Source: Candidatus Hodarchaeota archaeon (GTDB lineage: Archaea; Asgardarchaeota; Heimdallarchaeia; Hodarchaeales; Hodarchaeaceae). Taken from it: a stretch of 18,099 nucleotides of DNA. Positions 7,837 to 15,773 of this stretch are shown here, one piece after another (position 1 is the stretch's first letter; each line of letters begins with the position of its first letter). The position numbers were made by a program, and so were the translations under genes. Below the pieces are notes generated by a model that saw nothing but the letters and a program-made list of their open reading frames with translations, was not told where the DNA came from and searched no databases. The stretch is from positions 1-18,099 of the forward strand of contig JAEOTC010000080.1 of NCBI GenBank assembly GCA_016840035.1, given 5' to 3'.

Positions 7837-8445
7837 ATGAATAAAAAGAATATGTCAACAAAAGCTGGGATGTTCATAAATATTCCGTCAGATCTAAGGG
7901 GGACTAATATAGATGAATTAGAAAAAAAGAATATTGACCATACGTTACAGACTTGGGAGTTTCTCACCACTCCTCGTTATAGAATGGAAGTCGATACTAA
8001 AAGACAAGTAAAATTGATTTCAAATTTACATGACATTGTCATCATTGATCTATCTGATTATATGTATAGGGAATTTAAGAATGTCTTAAACCTGTACAGT
8101 AAAGGATATTGGCTAGCGGCAGTTTCAACTGTTGGAGTAATCTGCGAATATTTGACAAAAGTGTTTATTCCAAGGAAAAACAGTTTACAAAGGCAGAAAG
8201 GACTCGGACAGAAAGATCGTATAAGAACACTAAGTGATTATTTGGATAAGGACGAAAAAAATCTCTTAATCAGAATTAACGAAAAAAGAAATGATTGCTT
8301 ACACCTTGACGTATTGGAAATTGAGGATTTAAAGGGAAAAGCCACTGAGATAACCAATATGTTAATCAATTTAATGGTAAAAATCTCAGATAAGTATTTC
8401 TGGGAAGACTCGAAAATGAGTGGCATGGGTAGCAGCGAAGAGTAA
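7837..8445 (+). CDS. Predicted HEPN-domain protein (DUF4145/Abi-like HEPN)
   Basis: Y..G.WLAAV...G..CE helix and INEKRNDCLH (RNxxxH at 8287-8304). Starts 4 nt after the CPBP stop. Confidence 0.7.
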   Translation: MNKKNMSTKAGMFINIPSDLRGTNIDELEKKNIDHTLQTWEFLTTPRYRMEVDTKRQVKLISNLHDIVIIDLSDYMYREFKNVLNLYSKGYWLAAVSTVGVICEYLTKVFIPRKNSLQRQKGLGQKDRIRTLSDYLDKDEKNLLIRINEKRNDCLHLDVLEIEDLKGKATEITNMLINLMVKISDKYFWEDSKMSGMGSSEE

Positions 8446-8500
8446 GGGATTTCATCCAAGAAGGTACTTTTATATACCCATTTCTTCATCATAGAATGTT

Positions 8501-10654
8501 GTGAATATCCCCACACGAACAAACGGGTTTATAGTTATTCTATTCATCTGTATTGCCATGGCTTTAACTGAACTTACCCCGAAACAAGTTTCAGCTGGAT
8601 TAGGGCCGGATTTTTTTCTGTTAGAAAACACAGGTGCTCCTGAAGCCTTAGACCCTGCAACAAATAATGAACCTTTTGGATCTGCTTTATTTGAATTACT
8701 TTATGAGACTCTTGTGACTTATAAGGATGATTCTCCTCATCTTTTAGAGGGACAACTTGCCACCAACTGGACGATTTCCCCTGATGGACTGCAGTATAAT
8801 TTTACTCTTCGGGATGATGTTATTTTCCCTCATGGGGACTCTCCATTTAATGCCTATGTTATAAAATTTTCCTTAGACCGCTTAGTTATTATGAACGATC
8901 ATTGGGGACCTGCCTGGATGATTCAACAGGTCGTAAAAGGGGGCAAAGCGATTATGGAGTCTAATAATATCAATCTTTCAGAGGCTCATGCATTTGTAAC
9001 TGGTGGAGCATTTGTTGTATTAGAGGAATTTTTATTTCAAATAAATCTGGAGAGGGTCTATTCTCCTTTTCTCCATTTACTTACTCATCATTCGTGCTCT
9101 GCGATTTCTCCTCGTCAGATCGCAGAAAATGCTCCCGCGGATTATACAACAGACGGAGATGACTTGTTTGGTCAATTATCTTTTGAGGAGTGGTTTCCAC
9201 ACATCTCAGGCTCACATCTTCGTCAATTTCTAGATTTACCTTCTGATTGGGATCTTGCTGTCTCAGGTGTGGTTCCCAGCTCTCCGGCAGATAGTGAAAA
9301 TTCCCATGATTGGATTGTTAATCATGCTGAGGGAACTGGACCGTATGAATTAAGTGATCTCGATCCTGGAACACTTATTGAGCTGAGAAAAAATGTTGAC
9401 TGGTGGGGGAACTTTTCAGCTGATTCTGTGAACAATATTTTAATTTTAACGGTGAATGAAGAGACTACTCGGTTTAGTGGCCTCTTATCAGGTCACGCTG
9501 ATTCCGTATCCCTCTCCTGGAACTCTGTTGTTTCTCTCCTTAATCTCTCGTCTATTCCTTTTCCTACCATTCGTTCCGAGTACACTGATGATCTCCAAGT
9601 TTTCTTCAGTACTTCCTTTACGAGTACATTCCTTGGTATGAATCTGAATACGAGTTTGTCTTCCACATTTATTGAAAAAGATCCCAATTGTTCTTATGAT
9701 GCAATTCGAGCCGCTTCTCTTCCTGCTTTTTCTTGGAATGATACTCCTGGTCCTCATTTCATCTCTGCAAGTCCAGATAATCCTTTCACCGCTCTAGCCT
9801 TTCGTAAAGCATTTGCTCATGCATTTGACTATAATACCTTTTTTAACCTTACGAAATATGGAGTGGCGGATCGTATGTCCGGGATTATTCCTTCAGGTAT
9901 GTTTGGTCATCAACCCACCCTTATAGACATGGGTTTCATCCCCACTTTTGATCCTGTTCTTGCAAAAACTCTTTTTCAACAGGTCAACTGGACTGGAACA
10001 ATTAATTTACCGTTTTCTTCAGATCTTCGTTCAAAGACCTTTAATATGCTTGCTGATGTCATTAATAATCTGGATGTCGGCATCACTATTTCAAGCATTG
10101 ATAGCTGGATATATTATCCTGATTCCCCACCTTTGTTTTTCCTAAATTGGCAACCCTACTTTGGTGATCCTGACTGCTTTCTATCGCCTTTTTTCTCCAA
10201 TAGTACGTTCTCTGATGGTTCTCGATTTCGTTATTACAATCCTTCTATCAATTTTTTGCTTGAAGAAGCCGTTTCAACCACCAATCGCACCATTCGTGAA
10301 AATATTTACCGAGAAATTGAAGAACGAGCAGCTCTGGACTATCCTTTTCTCTATGGCTTTCAGGCCAAACGATTTTTCTTTCTGAATACTCGGATTTTTG
10401 ACTTTGAAACTTCTGGATCTTTGAATCCAATGAGTCTGATGTTTAACCTGGAATATATGAATAAATTAGCCATTTCCCTTCCCACCACTTCCTCAAGTGA
10501 ATCGACAACTACGTCATTCATCGACCATTCCACCGGTTCTTCCTCCTTCACACCCTCCGAAACTTCTATTGTTAACGACAATTTGATATTACTTCCCATT
10601 ATATTCCTTGTGATTTATTCTATTAAGTCACGGAAAAGAAAACAGGAGATTTAG
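8501..10654 (+). CDS. ABC transporter substrate-binding protein, family 5 (DppA/OppA-like), archaeal membrane-anchored type
   Basis: N-terminal hydrophobic signal. Motifs LDPA, YETLV.Y, LATNW.IS.DG..YNF.LR, GTGPY, FRKAFAHAFDY, W.P.F.DPD, R...Y..IE. S/T-rich linker plus C-terminal TM and basic tail (KSRKRK). Many N-x-S/T sequons. Confidence 0.92.
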   Translation: MNIPTRTNGFIVILFICIAMALTELTPKQVSAGLGPDFFLLENTGAPEALDPATNNEPFGSALFELLYETLVTYKDDSPHLLEGQLATNWTISPDGLQYNFTLRDDVIFPHGDSPFNAYVIKFSLDRLVIMNDHWGPAWMIQQVVKGGKAIMESNNINLSEAHAFVTGGAFVVLEEFLFQINLERVYSPFLHLLTHHSCSAISPRQIAENAPADYTTDGDDLFGQLSFEEWFPHISGSHLRQFLDLPSDWDLAVSGVVPSSPADSENSHDWIVNHAEGTGPYELSDLDPGTLIELRKNVDWWGNFSADSVNNILILTVNEETTRFSGLLSGHADSVSLSWNSVVSLLNLSSIPFPTIRSEYTDDLQVFFSTSFTSTFLGMNLNTSLSSTFIEKDPNCSYDAIRAASLPAFSWNDTPGPHFISASPDNPFTALAFRKAFAHAFDYNTFFNLTKYGVADRMSGIIPSGMFGHQPTLIDMGFIPTFDPVLAKTLFQQVNWTGTINLPFSSDLRSKTFNMLADVINNLDVGITISSIDSWIYYPDSPPLFFLNWQPYFGDPDCFLSPFFSNSTFSDGSRFRYYNPSINFLLEEAVSTTNRTIRENIYREIEERAALDYPFLYGFQAKRFFFLNTRIFDFETSGSLNPMSLMFNLEYMNKLAISLPTTSSSESTTTSFIDHSTGSSSFTPSETSIVNDNLILLPIIFLVIYSIKSRKRKQEI

Positions 10655-10803
10655 TTTGAATTGCATACCACCAAAACTACTGAGTTAATCAGTATCCTTA
10701 AATTGTAAGTTCATCAATGATATTCAGAACAAGTGGAAATCAATGGCAGGAAAAAAGGAAAATACTGGGTTAATTGTTCTAAAATAATTCTACTGGGATT
10801 TGC

Positions 10804-11298
10804 ATGAATGTAGAGAATATTATTGCTTTAGGTGTAGGGATTATTTCATTTATACTGTTTATAAGGGATATAAGTCCAATTATCGCTACTAGAAACTGGT
10901 TGAGAGTTGAAGGGAAAATCATTTCTTCAGAAATTTTCGAAATCAAGATCGGAGCTGGGTCGCCGACGGATGCGGGTACCCGTCGTATCATTAGACCATC
11001 CATTAAATTTTCGTATACTGTTAATGGAGAACTCTTTCATTCCAATACATATAGACCTCAAACCAAATCACATGGAATTGAATCAGGAACTTTTTTGTAT
11101 TTCCTCCCGTATATGGATCGATGATATGCAAGAAAAAAAATTGAAGAATACTATGTTAATCGACAAGTCAATGTTTTTTACGATCCCAATGATGCAAATA
11201 ATGCGGTTTTAGAAAGAAAAATCCCTTTTTCTATGTTTTGGTGGTTAATAATTGCAGCACCCTTTACCTTTTTTGGTTTACTCGGAATTAGTAGTTAA
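10804..11298 (+). pseudogene. DUF3592-like membrane protein interrupted by one in-frame TGA (11122-11124)
   Basis: After TGA the same frame continues as YARKKIEEYYVNRQVNVFYDPNDANNAVLERKIPFSMFWWLIIAAPFTFFGLLGISS* (TAA 11296-11298). This completes the TM - W..V.G.I - P.I.FSY.VNG - V.V.YDP - TM pattern typical of DUF3592. Confidence 0.75.
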
Positions 11299-11360
11299 AA
11301 TAACTCACATTAAATAAAAAAAATATTTTAGTTTTATCCAAGAAAGAAAACTTATTGCGA

Positions 11361-11503
11361 TTTATATTCAACCTGTTATAACAACCTAGAGGAATATTCT
11401 ACAACATCTTAGAGGACTCAAGATGTCTGATCGTAAGGCCCCCCAACGCATTCATAAGCTGATGGTCAAGGAGGTCAAGGAAAAACAGGCCAATTTTGGA
11501 GAG
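11361..11503 (+). repeat. Direct repeat copy 1 (promoter and 5' end of the 14232 gene)
   Basis: 11361-11490 matches 14170-14299 with one mismatch (11398 T / 14207 A). 11491-11503 continues with synonymous-only differences. Confidence 0.97.
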
Positions 11504-11548
11504 TTCCTGAAGGAGAGTTTCCAACTTTTCGGTTTTTTTTCGAATTAA
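11423..11548 (+). pseudogene. Truncated 41-aa copy of the N-terminus of the 476-aa protein
   Basis: Translates as MSDRKAPQRIHKLMVKEVKEKQANFGE-FLKESFQLFGFFSN*; the first 27 aa are identical to the 14232 protein. Confidence 0.85.
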
Positions 11549-11608
11549 TTCTTTAGGCCCAATGCCTTTCATTGGAATTAGAATTTGCAGAGCTCTTAGA
11601 ATTTCCTT

Positions 11609-11630
11609 GACTCTGTTTGACTATAAGAGT
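11609..11630. repeat. 22-bp direct repeat, copy A (GACTCTGTTTGACTATAAGAGT)
   Basis: 21/22 identical to 13962-13983. Self-complementary arms GACTCT / AGAGTC (including C11631). Confidence 0.85.
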
Positions 11631-11793
11631 CCTGAAATATAAGTAACTACTCCTACAATGGATTCAAAATGCAGACGTTTGTGCCACCTTCTCCAGTCTA
11701 GGGATCTCTATGTTTTAACATTCAATATTATATCAACTCCAACGGATGAACATGAAGGAATTTGAGAAGGAATGACGTTATTCTCTACTTGTA

Positions 11794-13686
11794 TTACTTG
11801 AAACTGTACGCAAAATGAATGGTTCCCCTTTCACTCATAACAACGTTATTTATACGGTCAGTAAATACCATGATTAGGAAGTTCAGATCGGGATAATACC
11901 CCGCTTCTAGGGTCTGTTGATATCCTGTAAAACCGGTTGTGTTCATCATTTCTTGAAGGGAGCTATTCACCAAACTGGAATTTGTGACATAGATGAGATC
12001 TACACTACCTGTTCGGAGTTCAACTAGTGCCAGTGGGTAATCTTCAATTATCCGATACTTTATATGCTTTAATCCCTCGTAGAACCTAGGAAATGTATAA
12101 GTGGATCCATTGCTTCCTACAAGTGTTTTTCCCCATCCATACCACTCATCAAAGCGTTCTAGCCGTACATACTCATTTTCTTGATATTCCACGAACTTGT
12201 AAGGCCCACAAGAGATAGGACAAAACATCCCCTCGGTGCTTAACGGTAGATAGGAGGAATTTTCTGGTTGGAGTAAATAACAGGGATTTCCGCCCGAGAA
12301 GTCATTTACAAACTGTGAATGGTTAAAGGATGAGACCACATTATGTATGGTGAATATCCTTCCAAAACCCGATGGATCAGGAGCTGGGTATTCAAATTGC
12401 CAGTTATTTGCCCAAGCTGGGTCACTGAGGTTTTCCAGTTGGTTGCTCAACACCATGCCAACCTTCCAGCTATATTCGACATCTCGTGCCCGTATGGGCT
12501 GACCATTATGAAATGCCACATCCTTTCGTAAGGTGAATGTAAAACTATCAGGTGTTTCCTGTATCCATTCCTCTGCTATTCCTGGAAGAATTACCTGGGT
12601 CTGGCCTGGTGCTTGGAACCCGAGATACCCATAGATTTGTTGGGTAATGATTTGTTGATGAAATCTATGTTGTGTTATATTAGTGAACTGCCGTAAATCT
12701 AAACTATCTCTGGGGGCCTCTTCTAATCTCACTATTAAGGTGCTACGATAGGTTGAATAATCCCAGTCATAGGTTACTGCTGGAAGACTTACACTCAATA
12801 TGAGAACGAATAAGAACACTCCTATTATCCCATAGGTAGTCATAACAATCCGATATAGCCGCTCCCTTTGTAAAAAAACGACGCGTTTGATAAAATCGAG
12901 AGTCCGTGTCAACGTTAATCGTTGTTGTAGTTTTGTTTCTAAATGAAGTCGGAAAACAATGTAGAATACATATATTCCCTCGATCAATGTGACTAGAGCA
13001 AGAAACCCAGCTAAATATAGGAGGTAAAAGGTTGGAGCGGATCTTACATTTCCTGCCCAATAATATGAATAAAACCCTATTATGACAATAGAAACCGTTA
13101 TTGGTAAATAGATGCGTTTTCTTAACCATTGTGAGCTAGATGGTCTAAGGTATACTAGTGACAGCGCTCCCATAATGCCAAAACCAATTCCTAGATATAC
13201 TTCTCCGAGATATTCACTCATAAGACGATTTCTAACACCACTAGTCGAAAATAGAACGCTCACAAATAATACGGTGTACGAAACAATATTTGCCAGGAAA
13301 ATCGCATCAAAAAAGTGCGGAGAAAGATGATCATCAATTTCTTGGAATTTTTGGTCGCTTCTTTGGTGTAACCAAACAAAAGCTGCTTGTTCCACTCCTA
13401 CTGAGACAATAAAACATCCCCCCATTATTACAGGCACCAAAGGAATTACTGGTGACAACCAGATCAGTGGGGTCCCTAGAAGAGTCGTCAGGATATTTAT
13501 TATCCCAATTCTTCTAACGCTCTCTTTGAATGTTATAGTTGTCGTTTTATTTTTAAGATATAGATAGACAGCTATTGATTCAGTAATACTTATAAAAATT
13601 CCAATGGCTAAAATCCCAACAAATCCTTTGAGTGGATACACAAGATAAAGAACAGGCCCACCATAATTGAGAAAAAATTGTGTCAT
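11794..13686 (-). CDS. Fusion protein: ~8-TM membrane domain plus shortened family-5 solute-binding domain
   Basis: About 8 hydrophobic segments in aa ~20-300. These are followed by PGIAEEW, FTFTLRKDVAFHNG.PI.A.DVEYSW, CGPYKFVEY...EYVRLERF and YRIIED...A..ELRTGSVDL. Confidence 0.8.
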   Translation of the reverse strand: MTQFFLNYGGPVLYLVYPLKGFVGILAIGIFISITESIAVYLYLKNKTTTITFKESVRRIGIINILTTLLGTPLIWLSPVIPLVPVIMGGCFIVSVGVEQAAFVWLHQRSDQKFQEIDDHLSPHFFDAIFLANIVSYTVLFVSVLFSTSGVRNRLMSEYLGEVYLGIGFGIMGALSLVYLRPSSSQWLRKRIYLPITVSIVIIGFYSYYWAGNVRSAPTFYLLYLAGFLALVTLIEGIYVFYIVFRLHLETKLQQRLTLTRTLDFIKRVVFLQRERLYRIVMTTYGIIGVFLFVLILSVSLPAVTYDWDYSTYRSTLIVRLEEAPRDSLDLRQFTNITQHRFHQQIITQQIYGYLGFQAPGQTQVILPGIAEEWIQETPDSFTFTLRKDVAFHNGQPIRARDVEYSWKVGMVLSNQLENLSDPAWANNWQFEYPAPDPSGFGRIFTIHNVVSSFNHSQFVNDFSGGNPCYLLQPENSSYLPLSTEGMFCPISCGPYKFVEYQENEYVRLERFDEWYGWGKTLVGSNGSTYTFPRFYEGLKHIKYRIIEDYPLALVELRTGSVDLIYVTNSSLVNSSLQEMMNTTGFTGYQQTLEAGYYPDLNFLIMVFTDRINNVVMSERGTIHFAYSFK

Positions 13687-13961
13687 TCGTATTCGCCAGT
13701 TATTACCGTTGTTACTCTAGTCTAGCTGACTATTAATTGCTGTCGAGTTAGTAGAATTTTAATTCATTCTTGCTGTAATTATTTTTTATAATATAAGCTT
13801 TTACTTGATAGGAATTTTCTTTCTAGTCGTATTTTTTTGGGATTGACACCACCTCTTAGATCAACTTATGGATATAAAGAAATCTATCTTCTCTATTTCT
13901 TTCTCCAATAGAATTAAGAAGAGATTTTTCAATGTGAAGCTTGTAACTTCTCTTTATCTCC

Positions 13962-13983
13962 GACTCTATTTGACTATAAGAGT
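13962..13983. repeat. 22-bp direct repeat, copy B (GACTCTATTTGACTATAAGAGT)
   Basis: 21/22 identical to 11609-11630. Confidence 0.85.
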
Positions 13984-14169
13984 TCTAAATCATAATATTC
14001 GAACTAAAAGTAGATTTCCACATTACTTGGTGCATGAACAGATTTGCAATAGAAATTTCCCATATAGTCAGAGTGGGACAGACTGAGTAAGAATTGGGGA
14101 ACTCTACTTGAAATTTTGTTTGACATGAATGCTCTCTTGAACTAAAATTTAAATAACCTCTATTTGCAG

Positions 14170-14235
14170 TTTATATTCAACCTGTTATAACAACCTAGAG
14201 GAATATACTACAACATCTTAGAGGACTCAAGATGT
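14170..14235 (+). promoter_or_regulatory. Putative archaeal promoter/operator of the 476-aa gene (also present at 11361-11426)
   Basis: TTTATATT TATA-like box at 14170, palindrome TGTTATAACA at 14183-14192, and ACATCTT...AAGATGT inverted repeat at 14213-14235 spanning GAGGA and the ATG. Confidence 0.5.
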
Positions 14236-14312
14236 CTGATCGTAAGGCCCCCCAACGCATTCATAAGCTGATGGTCAAGGAGGTCAAGGAAAAACAGGCA
14301 AACTTCGGGGAG
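14170..14312 (+). repeat. Direct repeat copy 2 (promoter and 5' end of the intact 476-aa gene)
   Basis: Offset 2809 bp from copy 1. Confidence 0.97.
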
Positions 14313-15662
14313 CTTCGACGGTTCAAGAAAAAAGCGATTGTAAAGAAAGGGTTGCCGAATCTCCCCAGTTTAACTATCCGTTCAGATGCGGGGATTACCT
14401 ATGTGGCAATGATCCAGTGGGGGCGGGAATTGCGTCTGCATTATTTCGATAAAAAAGGAAACTATCTGTATTGTGATCTCTCGGGGCCAGAGACCAATAT
14501 TCAACAAGTAATCGAAGAAGTAACCAAACAGTCCAAATATATCTCTCGCTATCCACCCAAGGTGAAAGTACCCACCCTAGCAGAGAGAGAACACGCACAG
14601 GATCAAATATTTAAGCAAATCTGGAAAAATTTCCGACGGTACTTTCAAATCCCGAAAAAATATGTGAAAAACCGGCCGTTGATTCGGATTGTACGCGATT
14701 CCAAGGATATGAAGTTTCCAGGTAAACGCCATAATCTTTATGACCTAACCAGTCATACCGACGAGTTTATCTTTATTCATGAGAGCATCCCAAATAAGTT
14801 ATTCCTCTATGCGTATTATGCTATTCTCTTCTTGTTACCCAAAGCGCTGCGTGATGACAACGAACCCTTAGCCGAACAACTCTGTCAGACCCTCATCGAG
14901 GATTCCAGACTGACCACGGATCCCGACCCAAAGTGGCTTATAAATCTGAAAACTCTGAAAAACAACCTTCATGTACCTATAGAGATAGAAATCTTCCCCG
15001 CATTCCATCTTGTGGCAGAGTATCTCACACAGGGATGGCAGGAGAAATGTATTGAGGGTTTTGTTGAGTGGTTCCGCTTGGATCCTAATCCACTTACCCC
15101 CCAGAATTTACCTGATTTATTTGAACTTCTGTATCTAGAAGATCCGAACAATCGTCATCTCCTTCATCTGTGGTGCTTATTGGCATCCAAATATGAGAAG
15201 TCAGTGCCGATGCATTATTTAGATCCCCTTCGTTCTCCTTCGACTAATCCAATTGATATATTCATCTACACACTCTTTTCCAACAGACTGGTAGAGGCAG
15301 AGTCCCTATTCACCACCCTTGATCTTCCCCCTCCTATGCATAAACTGGTAACTGAAACATTTACCCGACATTACTCACAAGTCCTGGGATTTCAAACTGC
15401 ACCAGTAAAAGGTGGTTATGGTTATTTTATTAACAATTCAGATTGTTATATCTCGATACTTGATCTAATGCATGATCAGTTAACCTTAGTAGAGAAAGAT
15501 GCTCTGAAGAAAGCTTTTCCGCTTAAACTGGCTCCTTTTGGGAAAGATCCGTTTGAATTCTCGATTCCACTCCAAGTTTCGATTAGACTCGAGTATGTGT
15601 GCTATGCGGATCAAGCAGAAACGCGTGAACTGTTTCGTGGTACCACCACTATTTCAATGTAG
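14232..15662 (+). CDS. Hypothetical 476-aa soluble protein with a basic N-terminus
   Basis: Long ORF with GAGGA upstream; no family motif recognised. Confidence 0.85.
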   Translation: MSDRKAPQRIHKLMVKEVKEKQANFGELRRFKKKAIVKKGLPNLPSLTIRSDAGITYVAMIQWGRELRLHYFDKKGNYLYCDLSGPETNIQQVIEEVTKQSKYISRYPPKVKVPTLAEREHAQDQIFKQIWKNFRRYFQIPKKYVKNRPLIRIVRDSKDMKFPGKRHNLYDLTSHTDEFIFIHESIPNKLFLYAYYAILFLLPKALRDDNEPLAEQLCQTLIEDSRLTTDPDPKWLINLKTLKNNLHVPIEIEIFPAFHLVAEYLTQGWQEKCIEGFVEWFRLDPNPLTPQNLPDLFELLYLEDPNNRHLLHLWCLLASKYEKSVPMHYLDPLRSPSTNPIDIFIYTLFSNRLVEAESLFTTLDLPPPMHKLVTETFTRHYSQVLGFQTAPVKGGYGYFINNSDCYISILDLMHDQLTLVEKDALKKAFPLKLAPFGKDPFEFSIPLQVSIRLEYVCYADQAETRELFRGTTTISM

Positions 15663-15773
15663 AATGGTAAAAGTAGATAGTTTCTGATTGTTACTTCGAT
15701 AATCGGAGACAGAAGGACAGCTGTAATCTCCACTGGCTCCTAAATTGTCACTGAGTCCATGGTATAATTGACA

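Noticed and set aside
10678-10801. TACTGAGTTAATCAGTA inverted repeat and TACTGGG near-repeats upstream of the DUF3592-like gene
   Set aside because: Short and AT-rich; cannot be distinguished from chance or assigned as terminator or operator.
10907-11212. 101-aa + strand ORF as a frameshifted continuation of the 10804 gene
   Set aside because: The true continuation is in the original frame past the TGA; no frameshift is needed.
4649-11298. Genome-wide UGA reassignment (code 4/25)
   Set aside because: TGA terminates apparently complete genes at 4649 and 5454, and long genes contain TGG Trp without internal TGA.
13868-14086. 72-aa ORF between the TM-SBP gene and the 476-aa gene
   Set aside because: No recognisable features; overlaps the 22-bp repeat and is likely non-coding or relic DNA.
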